Virus record (IMG/VR): IMGVR_UViG_3300047375_000738
Reading direction: 5' to 3' (one strand)
DNA length: 64,000 bases
From: a virus
Taxonomy: Duplodnaviria; Caudoviricetes
Positions 46,415 to 55,137 of the stretch are shown here, one piece after another; position 1 is the stretch's first letter, and every line of letters begins with the position of its first letter. Under the pieces are notes generated by a model. It was not told the origin of the DNA, made no database searches, and was given only the letters and a program-made list of their open reading frames with translations. The position numbers were made by a program, and so were the translations under genes.

Positions 46415-47308
46415 CTAAGTTCCCCAGGCATTTCCGAATAAGCTGATATGGAGTCTTGGGGTAAATCGCCATCCTTCTGCCATACACGCTTCAGCCACGT
46501 CTTTAACGTTGAGGGTGTATTCTTCACTGCGTCCGCCCATTGGCATAAGATATACCGGACATTCCACCCCGGCACTTCTGTAAGCGTCCACAGCTCTTTT
46601 AACTTCTTCAAAGTCGTCTTCAGTAGCCACAACAAACTTAAGATAAAGTTCGCTATCAGTAACGCACTGATACTCACTAGCAACATCAGGCTTGATAGCA
46701 GTTTCCCAAGGTTCTCCTGAGACACTAAGTTTTGGGGAACAACTCCAAGTGACTGTAAGTCTGTCGCTGTTGTTGAGATAGTTGTAGAGATCGTCGTGTA
46801 AATGTTGTGTAGTGTTTGTTTCAAATGTGATGTTCCTTAAATCCTGCATACGTGGATGTTCAAACAGCTCTACGTAAAGCCGTTGCCACGCTAACAACGG
46901 TTCACCGCCTGTCATGATCAAGTGTACATCTTGACCATTGTCCTGTACCCACTTACCATTAGGAGTAAGTGAAAGTAAATGCTCAACTACTTCGTCCACA
47001 GTTGCTTGTCGATTAAAGTGTTTAAACTCTGGATAGATACTTGCATATGTATCGCAACCTGTGTGTATAATAGGCAAGTCTGTAAATTCTTTAGTTGTTT
47101 CATGTACACCTGCGTCAAGTAATCCTTGTACTTCGGCATTGTGAATAATGCCTGCTTTTTGTTTTACATCACGCATTGGCTCGTTCTTTAAGCCAAAGTT
47201 CATACAACGAAAGTTACAACCGAAGGTGCGTAGGAATACACTGGGTACTCCTACAAACTTGCCTTCGCCTTGTACGCTATAAAAAGCTTCTGAATATCTA
47301 AGTTTCAT
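46415..47308 (-). CDS. queE: 7-carboxy-7-deazaguanine synthase (radical SAM)
   Basis: FYSVQGEG..VG.PSVFLRTFGCNFRC...GCDT, TGGEP, FETN, CSPK, TPRLH. Start at ATG 47308 (TAATG with folE). Confidence 0.9.
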   Translation of the reverse strand: MKLRYSEAFYSVQGEGKFVGVPSVFLRTFGCNFRCMNFGLKNEPMRDVKQKAGIIHNAEVQGLLDAGVHETTKEFTDLPIIHTGCDTYASIYPEFKHFNRQATVDEVVEHLLSLTPNGKWVQDNGQDVHLIMTGGEPLLAWQRLYVELFEHPRMQDLRNITFETNTTQHLHDDLYNYLNNSDRLTVTWSCSPKLSVSGEPWETAIKPDVASEYQCVTDSELYLKFVVATEDDFEEVKRAVDAYRSAGVECPVYLMPMGGRSEEYTLNVKDVAEACMAEGWRFTPRLHISLFGNAWGT

Positions 47309-47991
47309 TAGCAACTAAACTCCTGTTGTAGTTTAATGTTATCAAAGAACTCTTTCTTTGTACCTGCATCATCTTTAAATGCGCCACGTAGTACTGTAGT
47401 TTGTGTTAAACTACTATGTGCCATAATACCGCGATTCTCACAACAACCGTGTGTTGCTTGAATATAAACACCTAAATGTTCTGCACCAGTTGCGGCTTGG
47501 ATCTCACGTGCAATATCATTTGCAAGTTCTTCCTGTAGTGTGCCACGACGTGAACACCATTGTGCAATACGTGTGTACTTGCTTAGACCAATTAACTTAT
47601 CAGCGGCAATAATACCAATGTATGCAATACCTGCTACTGGCTGGTGATGATGCGAACACATACTTTTAAGTTCACTGCGTACTACTAACATACCTTCATA
47701 GCGATCATCGCTATCATTAGGAAATGCTGTTGCACTTGGCGCTGGATCATAACGTCCTGCCATAATTTCATTAAAGTACATTTTAGCAAGACGTCTTGCT
47801 GTGCCTTGTGAGTTAGGATCGTTATGACGATCAATCAATAGTGCATCTAGTACACCTTCAAATGCTGTAGTAGCATTATCAATAAGTTCTTCTTTATCAC
47901 CATTTTGTAATACTTGTGAAATATTGTCGCCTGCCCAGTGACGAATGCCTAGTTCATCTAGGCGGGCTTTTAGTTGTTCTGCTTTGCTCAT
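47308..47991 (-). CDS. folE: GTP cyclohydrolase I
   Basis: SMCSHHHQP, IGLSKYTRI, LQE, HGCCENRG. Confidence 0.95.
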   Translation of the reverse strand: MSKAEQLKARLDELGIRHWAGDNISQVLQNGDKEELIDNATTAFEGVLDALLIDRHNDPNSQGTARRLAKMYFNEIMAGRYDPAPSATAFPNDSDDRYEGMLVVRSELKSMCSHHHQPVAGIAYIGIIAADKLIGLSKYTRIAQWCSRRGTLQEELANDIAREIQAATGAEHLGVYIQATHGCCENRGIMAHSSLTQTTVLRGAFKDDAGTKKEFFDNIKLQQEFSC

Positions 47992-48030
47992 TTTTTCTCC
48001 GAGTTATAGACGTGGATGTCTATATAGTTT

Positions 48031-48059
48031 ATAGTAACATTATTTAGATCTTTTGTCAA
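48031..48059 (-). promoter_or_regulatory. Sigma70-type promoter of folE-queE
   Basis: TTGACA (48059-48054), 17 nt, TACTAT (48036-48031); SD GGAG. Confidence 0.75.
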
Positions 48060-48256
48060 CTAAAATGTTCATTTAACATTTCAATACGATCTGTTGCGGC
48101 AGCCATTTTATCAAGTTCTTCTTGAATAGCTTCAACAATATCGCTATGCTCACCGATACCAACACTTTGATGCATATACACCAAGATGTTTGTTTTTGCT
48201 CTTTCGAGCTCTCCTTCGGCATGCATACGAGCTGCCTTTACTAGTTGTTCACGCAT
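48056..48256 (-). CDS. Small hypothetical protein
   Basis: 66 aa, VGIGEHSDIVEAI; SD AGGAG. Confidence 0.75.
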   Translation of the reverse strand: MREQLVKAARMHAEGELERAKTNILVYMHQSVGIGEHSDIVEAIQEELDKMAAATDRIEMLNEHFS

Positions 48257-48491
48257 TGTTTTCTCCTTTTAATGCTTTTATAGTTTGTTGTTTCTCTCTG
48301 TCTCTTACAAAGAGATCTTCACCAGCATACGTACTACATTTATCTAATGCATCTTCGATATGCCATAGTAACTCATACAAGTCTTTTTTACAACCCCAAG
48401 TAACAAATCCGTCCATTCGAGGATCGCTTTCAGCAAAACTAATTTTGTTTACGCCTTGTTTTAGGTCACTTAGACTCCAGTCAACTATCAT
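48249..48491 (-). CDS. Small hypothetical protein
   Basis: Start reassigned to ATG 48491 (ATGA overlap with the PRTase stop). Confidence 0.7.
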   Translation of the reverse strand: MIVDWSLSDLKQGVNKISFAESDPRMDGFVTWGCKKDLYELLWHIEDALDKCSTYAGEDLFVRDREKQQTIKALKGENNA

Positions 48492-49006
48492 TCGTCGTAT
48501 TCCCAAGGAAACACAATCCAAGTATCTTCTTCGCTAGTGTCAATTTCTTTCCAATAATAATCAACACCGTCAAATTTTGTATGTGTCTTTTCACACATGG
48601 TAGCAAAGCGAACATTGTCATTCCAAACATCATTCCAGCCTTCGCTATTGGGCAAGCAACCGCTTTGCCAATCTTCTCTAATCCATTTGAACGTAGCACC
48701 TGTATCGTTAATGTCATCTACAATTAGTATTTGCTTTCGCATTTTAGGTTTGCATTGTCCATCGTGATATCCAAAAGCATCTTCGGCCATCCAGCAGTTT
48801 GATTCTTGTGTAGCATTGTCACGCAAACGCACATCTAGCGCATAATGATTACAGTTGAGCAGATGACTAAGCATTACACTAATTGGTAATCCACCTCTAT
48901 TCAATCCAACAATATAATCGGGCTTCCAGCCATCTTTATACATTTTTAACGCAATATTAGTTGCAGCCGTATTAACGTCTTGCCAACTATAGTATGTTTT
49001 TACCAT
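48488..49006 (-). CDS. Purine (xanthine/guanine-type) phosphoribosyltransferase
   Basis: PDYIVGLNRGG, ILIVDDINDTGAT (PRPP loop), WIVFPWE as in Gpt-like enzymes. Confidence 0.85.
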   Translation of the reverse strand: MVKTYYSWQDVNTAATNIALKMYKDGWKPDYIVGLNRGGLPISVMLSHLLNCNHYALDVRLRDNATQESNCWMAEDAFGYHDGQCKPKMRKQILIVDDINDTGATFKWIREDWQSGCLPNSEGWNDVWNDNVRFATMCEKTHTKFDGVDYYWKEIDTSEEDTWIVFPWEYDE

Positions 49007-49008
49007 TT

Positions 49009-49191
49009 TTAATACTCTACTTTTTGTTGTAAATATTGTATTTCGACGTGTTTTGCATTTATTTCGTCATTAAACCCATCTTCTAATCTATATGACACGC
49101 CTTGTTTATACAATTTAATATTTAATTTATTCATATTGTTTACTAAAGTGTTTAGTTCTTTAACCATTTGTTCTACTTTTGGATCTTTCAT
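49009..49191 (-). CDS. Small hypothetical protein
   Basis: Start ATG 49191 coupled by TAATG to metK. Confidence 0.65.
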   Translation of the reverse strand: MKDPKVEQMVKELNTLVNNMNKLNIKLYKQGVSYRLEDGFNDEINAKHVEIQYLQQKVEY

Positions 49192-50282
49192 TACCAACCG
49201 AGCCTTTCCCAAGGAACATCTTTATTACCAAAGTGTCCGTATGTACAGTTCTTACTATAGTTATTATACTTGAATAAATCGAATCTGTCAATGATTCCTT
49301 TTGGAGTCAAGTCAATCTCACGTTCAATAAACTTTGCAATACTAGCATTGTGTCCATTCGAATCAACATAAATGCTTGTAGGTTCTTTAACACCAATAGC
49401 ATAGCTCAACTGGATATTGCACCAGTCTGCCATATTGTCTGCTACTACATTCTTGGCGAGCCATCGTGCCATGTAGGCGGCACTTCTGTCGACTTTTGTT
49501 GGATCTTTGCCACTAAACGCACCGCCACCATGAGGAGCAAAACCCCCATAAGTATCAACAATAATTTTCCGCCCAGTAACACCTGCATCACCGTCAGGAC
49601 CACCAATAACGAAATTTCCAGTAGGGTTAAGATGCCATGTAGTTCTTTCATCAACTAAGTCTCCTAATTCTTCCATTGCGGCAAGTTTACAAAGATGTCT
49701 TGCTTCTTCTACGTTGCCTTCTGTGTGCTGTGTACTTATCACAACTTGATCAATACGTTTGATCACACCGTCACGTCTAGCACCATAGTACTCGACGCTT
49801 ACCTGACTTTTAGCATCTGGTCCTAGTATAGCACCACGTTTGCCTTTTAAGTTCTTTAGTATCTCATGACTGTAATGAATAGGTGCTGGCATCATACTGT
49901 CTGTATGATTACAAGCATAGCCAAACATCAAGCCTTGATCGCCTGCACCAAAGTCGTCTGTACCTAGTGCAATATCACCACTTTGTGAGTGAATCTCATT
50001 ATAGATACGCAAATTATCCCAATGAAACCCTTCTTGTTCATAACCAATCTCTTTAACTTTGTCACGCACGATTTGTTTAACTTTGTCCTTAGTGACATTA
50101 AAGTTTTTTACTTCGCCCGCTAACGTTACATGGTTAGTGGTTACAAGTGTTTCAATGGCAACACGAGAAGTTTCGTCTCCATTAGCAAGCCCGGCATCCA
50201 CTAGTGCATCAGATATTTGATCTGCTACTTTATCGGGGTGTCCGTCACTAACACTTTCGCTTGTAAAGATATAGTTGTTCAT
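49191..50282 (-). CDS. metK: S-adenosylmethionine synthetase
   Basis: FTSESVSDGHPDK, GAGDQG, GPDAKSQ, TGRKIIVDTYGG, GGGAFSGKD, YGHFG. Start ATG 50282. Confidence 0.97.
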   Translation of the reverse strand: MNNYIFTSESVSDGHPDKVADQISDALVDAGLANGDETSRVAIETLVTTNHVTLAGEVKNFNVTKDKVKQIVRDKVKEIGYEQEGFHWDNLRIYNEIHSQSGDIALGTDDFGAGDQGLMFGYACNHTDSMMPAPIHYSHEILKNLKGKRGAILGPDAKSQVSVEYYGARRDGVIKRIDQVVISTQHTEGNVEEARHLCKLAAMEELGDLVDERTTWHLNPTGNFVIGGPDGDAGVTGRKIIVDTYGGFAPHGGGAFSGKDPTKVDRSAAYMARWLAKNVVADNMADWCNIQLSYAIGVKEPTSIYVDSNGHNASIAKFIEREIDLTPKGIIDRFDLFKYNNYSKNCTYGHFGNKDVPWERLGW

Positions 50283-50503
50283 TTTTTCCATTCATCCATT
50301 TCTGTTTTTATTTCATCGCCTTCGCGATCATTTGCAATTGACATTGCCATACTTTGTATATCGTCAAGTAATGCATTTGCAATCGTCTTGTCGTATGTTT
50401 TACCACTTAGTTCGCTATATTGATTGCGTATACGATGTAGTTCGATAGCCTTATCTTTCATAACTTCGAGTCTTTGTATTAGTTCTTCAATAGTGTGTAG
50501 CAT
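50279..50503 (-). CDS. Small coiled-coil hypothetical protein
   Basis: 74 aa, overlapped at both ends in the operon. Confidence 0.7.
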   Translation of the reverse strand: MLHTIEELIQRLEVMKDKAIELHRIRNQYSELSGKTYDKTIANALLDDIQSMAMSIANDREGDEIKTEMDEWKK

Positions 50504-51555
50504 TAAAAGTAATCCTCCAATGTGCCTTTACGCTTTGTATCTAGTGTAGCACAGTGGAAGCCTCCGCTCATACTACGTGCTTGACGCATAGGTAGTCCAA
50601 TAGTATCAATGCCGTGCTTGCCTAATATACGTCTTAGTGCTTCTTGTTTTTCATCTACAACAACCAGTTCTTCGTTAACACTTAGGAAGTTAAGTCCAAT
50701 GTACGGGCTACACGGAGCAACACCTGTGTTTGCTGGCGGTACGTGTAGGTCTTCTTCGCCTACCCAAATCTTGTCCCAGTCTTTGAAAATAGGTGGGTAC
50801 CAATCTTCACTTAGTCTGCCTGCGTTTAACAGCACCAATCCAGGGCGTAGCGGCAGTACTGTGCTATCAAAGTGTGCAAAGCTATAGTACTTCTCAGCAA
50901 CGTGTAGGCGATAGCCTTTGGGCTCTAAGATAGTCTTAAGCCACTGAAAGCCTAGTTGGTTGCCACTGTTGCTTACTTGGCACAACAAGTCACGTCCCAT
51001 ACGAACAATATTTGGTGCATCAAAAATAATCTCTTTGTTTACTAGTGTAGCATCACGTCTGTCTTCTAGTTGATAGTTGTCATCTGTTAAGATAGGCTTT
51101 GGAGCATTGATCCACTGTGTACCTTCTTGCATCCAGCGATACAAATGTTCGTAGTATGCTCTAGTTTCAAAGTATCTTGCTCGCATAGGGCTTGGACATT
51201 CAATAATCATATTATCCAACGGCAGCAGCAAATCTCTTGGACAGAATGTATACCACCCTGTTGTTTCCCACTCTGGAGTGCTAAACTTTTTGTTGTGATC
51301 TACAGGCTCTGGACGCATTGTTTTTACACCTAGTCCTTGTAGACATTTTTCTAGCCCGTCAAGGTCTTCGTTTGCTTCGTCTACAATCCATTGTGCAATA
51401 GGTTGTCCATCAAACTGTTTGATGTCTTCTGCTTCTTCACCACCGTAGATAAAGCTGTGTGTACTCTTATTCATAGTAGGATGTACACAATTATCAGCAG
51501 TGCCGATGATAATTTCTTGCAATGGATCCCAATCGTTGTTACTCTGTACTGGCAA
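50503..51555 (-). CDS. Amidinotransferase (glycine/inosamine-phosphate amidinotransferase family)
   Basis: NDWDPLQEIIIG, CPRD, FDAPN, AHFDST, GGFHCATLD: Asp-His-Cys triad intact. Confidence 0.92.
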   Translation of the reverse strand: MPVQSNNDWDPLQEIIIGTADNCVHPTMNKSTHSFIYGGEEAEDIKQFDGQPIAQWIVDEANEDLDGLEKCLQGLGVKTMRPEPVDHNKKFSTPEWETTGWYTFCPRDLLLPLDNMIIECPSPMRARYFETRAYYEHLYRWMQEGTQWINAPKPILTDDNYQLEDRRDATLVNKEIIFDAPNIVRMGRDLLCQVSNSGNQLGFQWLKTILEPKGYRLHVAEKYYSFAHFDSTVLPLRPGLVLLNAGRLSEDWYPPIFKDWDKIWVGEEDLHVPPANTGVAPCSPYIGLNFLSVNEELVVVDEKQEALRRILGKHGIDTIGLPMRQARSMSGGFHCATLDTKRKGTLEDYF

Positions 51556-52441
51556 AATTTAATCCTTTTATATACTGTTTATGGAAACTTAATCTATTTG
51601 TATTTCCGCCGCGATTATATTGGTTATATATATTTTTATCATCTATACCAAAAATTACTGTCGCACTTGGATTTATTCCTAGCTCATTACAAAATTCTTT
51701 TTGTTTTTGTATATATTTTTGTGGTATGTAGTCGGGTGTAAAGTTTTCAAGATACTTTATGCCTAATGCTGCACCTAGTTTGTTGTTATATGAAATTTTA
51801 TGGTATACAAACATAGTATCGTCGTCATCGACTTTAGTATATCTTATACCAATACGTGCATATGCTACTGGAAAACTTTTACTAAGGCTAAAAGTTACAT
51901 CAGTTATACAATTATATGCAATATCAATTGATACGCCGTAACAAGCACCAAAATATGCACAATCTACCAGTACTGGTATTCCAAGCTCACAGCACTCACG
52001 CATAAGTTCATGATACTTAGAGTGCTTGTCGCCTGTATCTGCAAATGGTAGACTAATTACTACTGCATCTGCTTTGTGCAACGGTTCATCTTCTAAATAT
52101 GCCCAAACATATTTGTCTCTCCAAGCAAGTTTATGATACATATACTCGCCTTTAAAACAGCGGAAGCGTCTTTTAGAATTTTTCATATAAAATTTATCAA
52201 ATGATTCGGTTGTTCCGTTGCTATAGCATTTGTATTTAAAATCTTCTAACCCTGTAATACTATTAACTGTTGATTTTTTAATCCATTTGTCGTAGTCATA
52301 CAAAAATTCGTCAATAATGTTGTCATTATTGAGACATTGTAGATCTAATGTATTACGTAAAAGTTTTGTAGTTTCTGGATCGCTTATTGCAAAAGCACTT
52401 CCAAAATCCATATGTCTTTTATCATTGGGTATATTTGTCAT
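51539..52441 (-). CDS. Compact fold-type I PLP-dependent enzyme (aminotransferase/decarboxylase-like)
   Basis: SNGTTE, LVDCAY, FSLSKSF (PLP Lys), RIG. Confidence 0.72.
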   Translation of the reverse strand: MTNIPNDKRHMDFGSAFAISDPETTKLLRNTLDLQCLNNDNIIDEFLYDYDKWIKKSTVNSITGLEDFKYKCYSNGTTESFDKFYMKNSKRRFRCFKGEYMYHKLAWRDKYVWAYLEDEPLHKADAVVISLPFADTGDKHSKYHELMRECCELGIPVLVDCAYFGACYGVSIDIAYNCITDVTFSLSKSFPVAYARIGIRYTKVDDDDTMFVYHKISYNNKLGAALGIKYLENFTPDYIPQKYIQKQKEFCNELGINPSATVIFGIDDKNIYNQYNRGGNTNRLSFHKQYIKGLNFASTE

Positions 52442-53036
52442 CTTCGTCCAAAAATGTTATTTGCGAAACAATACATTCACTTGGACCAAAGTTTGACATT
52501 CCGTGCCATGTATCGCCTTTCCACGTATATGTATCACCTGCTTGCCAGTGTGTATATACTTCGTCGCCAACTTGTAACACTTGTCCTCTATCCCAATCCG
52601 ACATCATAGTAACAGTGCGACATATATCGTCTGCTTGATCCTCTGTGATATTATTAAATTTTACAAATGTAGCATATGTGTCAAAGTGCCACATTAAACT
52701 GCATCCGGGTGTTAGTTTTAAAAAGTTATAGTTAAATTTCATATGTGCATAAGGTACAATAACACTAGTTAAACCTTTTGTAAGCTCAGGTCTAATACAC
52801 ATATAATGTAAACTACCTTCTTTTGGTACTTTCCATTGTTTGTACATTGCTTCTAATGCTTTTTTATTTTTTGTAGCAAATGTATCCCAACTACTATCTT
52901 CTGGGATTTCATCTGTCATATGTGTAGCTTCCCAATCCAGTGTTAGTAGATCGTTTTTGCTCCATGTAACTTCGTCTACTGAACTTTCTTCAGCACCGTG
53001 TTGTTTCCATTCTTCGTAACTGCGCATGTCCATCAT
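52422..53036 (-). CDS. Fe(II)/2OG oxygenase-like protein
   Basis: KLTPG..LMWHFD...WHGMSN. Confidence 0.65.
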   Translation of the reverse strand: MMDMRSYEEWKQHGAEESSVDEVTWSKNDLLTLDWEATHMTDEIPEDSSWDTFATKNKKALEAMYKQWKVPKEGSLHYMCIRPELTKGLTSVIVPYAHMKFNYNFLKLTPGCSLMWHFDTYATFVKFNNITEDQADDICRTVTMMSDWDRGQVLQVGDEVYTHWQAGDTYTWKGDTWHGMSNFGPSECIVSQITFLDEDDKYTQ

Positions 53037-53968
53037 GCTTCTCCTTTCAAGTGCGCCTCTATATATTGCCTATTTGGTATTTTATTTGTTTTTAGTATTT
53101 TTATAAGTTGATTTTTATCAGACTGCTCTAAGTTTATTATATTAAGTTTCTTTGGATATGTCAAGACATTTGTTGTCCATTTTTTATAATTATTAGCAAA
53201 TTCACACATATCAGGTAATCCTTGCCAGTTATTTTTATGTAGCGTTGTATGAATAGTATAATCAAATGTATCAGCAATTTCGTCTAATGTTTTGACTACT
53301 CTACTCCAAACACTACCGCCACGTACTTGTTCGTTTAATGCGCCTACTCCGTCAATACTAACTGTAAAATGTACATGTTTGCATTGACTAAGTAGTCTAT
53401 AATCATCTTCAACAAGTTTGTGCATACCATTAGTAAAGTACTCAACTTCTAAATGTTCTAAGGTGTCAAATGACTCTAGGAAGCGCCTATGTCTATTAGT
53501 CATTAATGGTTCGCCACCTAAGAAAACAACCTTACTAATGCTTTCTGGTATATTTCTAAATTCTGTAGTACTGGTAATTCCTTTTTTAGGAGGCAAGTCT
53601 GGGTTTTTCTTTACCCACCAACTGCTACTCCACTCTTCCCAACAGCCATCGCATGTAAGATCGCATATGTTATCAAATCCTACTTCAAGATATCTAAGTT
53701 TGATATCCATTGGGTATGTTTTATTAAACCATTCTCGTAAACTTTCCTTGCCGAGACTTTCTTCATGCTTGCACTTTGCACAATTTGGATCATCGATAGT
53801 AAAGTTCTCACGTAGTGCTTTATATTCGTCACTGTATAGTATACTGCCTACATCACCGTCAAATGTTTGTATAGGTGTTTTATAACGGCAGCAAGGGTAG
53901 ACACGATTGCCTCCCCTAATGTTTGTATGACTATATAATGCTGAACAACTAGAATGGAGTTTCATCAT
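53033..53968 (-). CDS. Radical SAM protein with N-terminal twitch-like domain
   Basis: SC...YPCC...CAKC; CDLTCDGC; LGGEPL. Confidence 0.9.
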   Translation of the reverse strand: MMKLHSSCSALYSHTNIRGGNRVYPCCRYKTPIQTFDGDVGSILYSDEYKALRENFTIDDPNCAKCKHEESLGKESLREWFNKTYPMDIKLRYLEVGFDNICDLTCDGCWEEWSSSWWVKKNPDLPPKKGITSTTEFRNIPESISKVVFLGGEPLMTNRHRRFLESFDTLEHLEVEYFTNGMHKLVEDDYRLLSQCKHVHFTVSIDGVGALNEQVRGGSVWSRVVKTLDEIADTFDYTIHTTLHKNNWQGLPDMCEFANNYKKWTTNVLTYPKKLNIINLEQSDKNQLIKILKTNKIPNRQYIEAHLKGEA

Positions 53969-54305
53969 TTTCTTGGTGATTTCCTTTATAGTCTTGCTCT
54001 ACCATTTTGTAAATTGTTTTAAAATTTTCGTATGCTTTTTCTAAAGCTGGGTAATATCCAACCATGTTATGTATTTTATCAATGCTAGGCATTGTATCTA
54101 CAAACTCAGTTTGTTCCCAGGTAATATTGTCAGCCCAATGTGTATCTTCGAGTGTGATAGTACTTGTTGTATCGATTGTAATAGTATCAATGCTGCTAGT
54201 ATCGATACTACTTATAGTAATGTCTGACACATCAAATGTTAAATCCTCGTCAATACTAGTATCAATTGTGATTGTGTCTTCTAAGTTCCAGTTCGTACTG
54301 GTCAT
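53949..54305 (-). CDS. Hypothetical protein with Asp/Thr/Ser/Ile low-complexity N-terminus
   Basis: Repeated DTITIDT-like units, then a helical C-terminus YPALEKAYENFKTIYKMV; SD GAGG. Confidence 0.7.
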   Translation of the reverse strand: MTSTNWNLEDTITIDTSIDEDLTFDVSDITISSIDTSSIDTITIDTTSTITLEDTHWADNITWEQTEFVDTMPSIDKIHNMVGYYPALEKAYENFKTIYKMVEQDYKGNHQENDETPF

Positions 54306-55137
54306 TGCACATTTCCTCTATTGTTTTTGTAAGTGTAACATGCTCGCTAAGAGTATCTACAACACTGCTCACAGCATCTCCTTCTCTACGAGGTGCTTCT
54401 ATAATATTTAATTGTTTACCAGTTACTTTTTGCATAGTGTCAATAACTTCTCTAACACTATATCCTACATTACTGCCTAAACATTCATATGGCGTATTTG
54501 CGGGGCCTCGTTCCACGGCTGTGACAATGGCGCCAGCCAAATCAACAACGTGAATATAATCACGAATGCAAGTGCCATCCCTAGTATCATAGTCCGTACC
54601 AAAGATCTTAAGGTCTGGTATCTTTTCACTAGCCACCATAGCAGCGACACGAATAAGATGGGTAGGAGCACCCAATTGACGATGAACACCGTCAGTACCA
54701 GATACGTTAAAAAATCTAAAGATGGTGTATCCATCTGCTTTCTCCTTAATTACATCTTCTGCTGCCACTTTACTGCGAGCATAAGGTGATGCCATTTCCC
54801 ACGCACTACTTGTACTAGCAAAAATTACATGTGGTGTTGTTGTCATTGATAGTAAGTTTGCTGTACCGCCTACATTTACTCTATAATACTCTGCTGGTTC
54901 TTTTAAACTATCAGGCACTACACTGCGTCCTGCAAGGTGTACAATAGCATCGTAGACGCCACCGGCATATTGACCAGTAACGTCTACGTTATAATACTCG
55001 TCACAGAATTCCTTAACATCATTAGTTTCGCCGTGGATTTCTGTATCCCAACCTATAACTTTATGACCTTTTTCTTTAAGTAATTTGCATACATGGCTAC
55101 CAATGTAACCGCTTGCACCTGTAACTAATACTTTCAT
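54262..55137 (-). CDS. galE: UDP-glucose 4-epimerase-like NAD-dependent epimerase
   Basis: TGASGYIG, HLAG, YARSK (YxxxK), FNVSG, IRDYIHV. Confidence 0.88.
   Translation of the reverse strand: MKVLVTGASGYIGSHVCKLLKEKGHKVIGWDTEIHGETNDVKEFCDEYYNVDVTGQYAGGVYDAIVHLAGRSVVPDSLKEPAEYYRVNVGGTANLLSMTTTPHVIFASTSSAWEMASPYARSKVAAEDVIKEKADGYTIFRFFNVSGTDGVHRQLGAPTHLIRVAAMVASEKIPDLKIFGTDYDTRDGTCIRDYIHVVDLAGAIVTAVERGPANTPYECLGSNVGYSVREVIDTMQKVTGKQLNIIEAPRREGDAVSSVVDTLSEHVTLTKTIEEMCNDQYELELRRHNHN

Noticed and set aside
46336-46824. 162-aa minus-strand ORF overlapping queE
   Set aside because: Alternative-frame shadow of queE with no motif. Only the last 31 codons, which fill an intergenic gap, were kept as a tentative finding.
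47992-48030. preQ1 riboswitch upstream of folE, or upstream of yhhQ
   Set aside because: The leader lacks the preQ1-I stem-loop and A-rich tail consensus, and yhhQ has only a 17-bp upstream gap.
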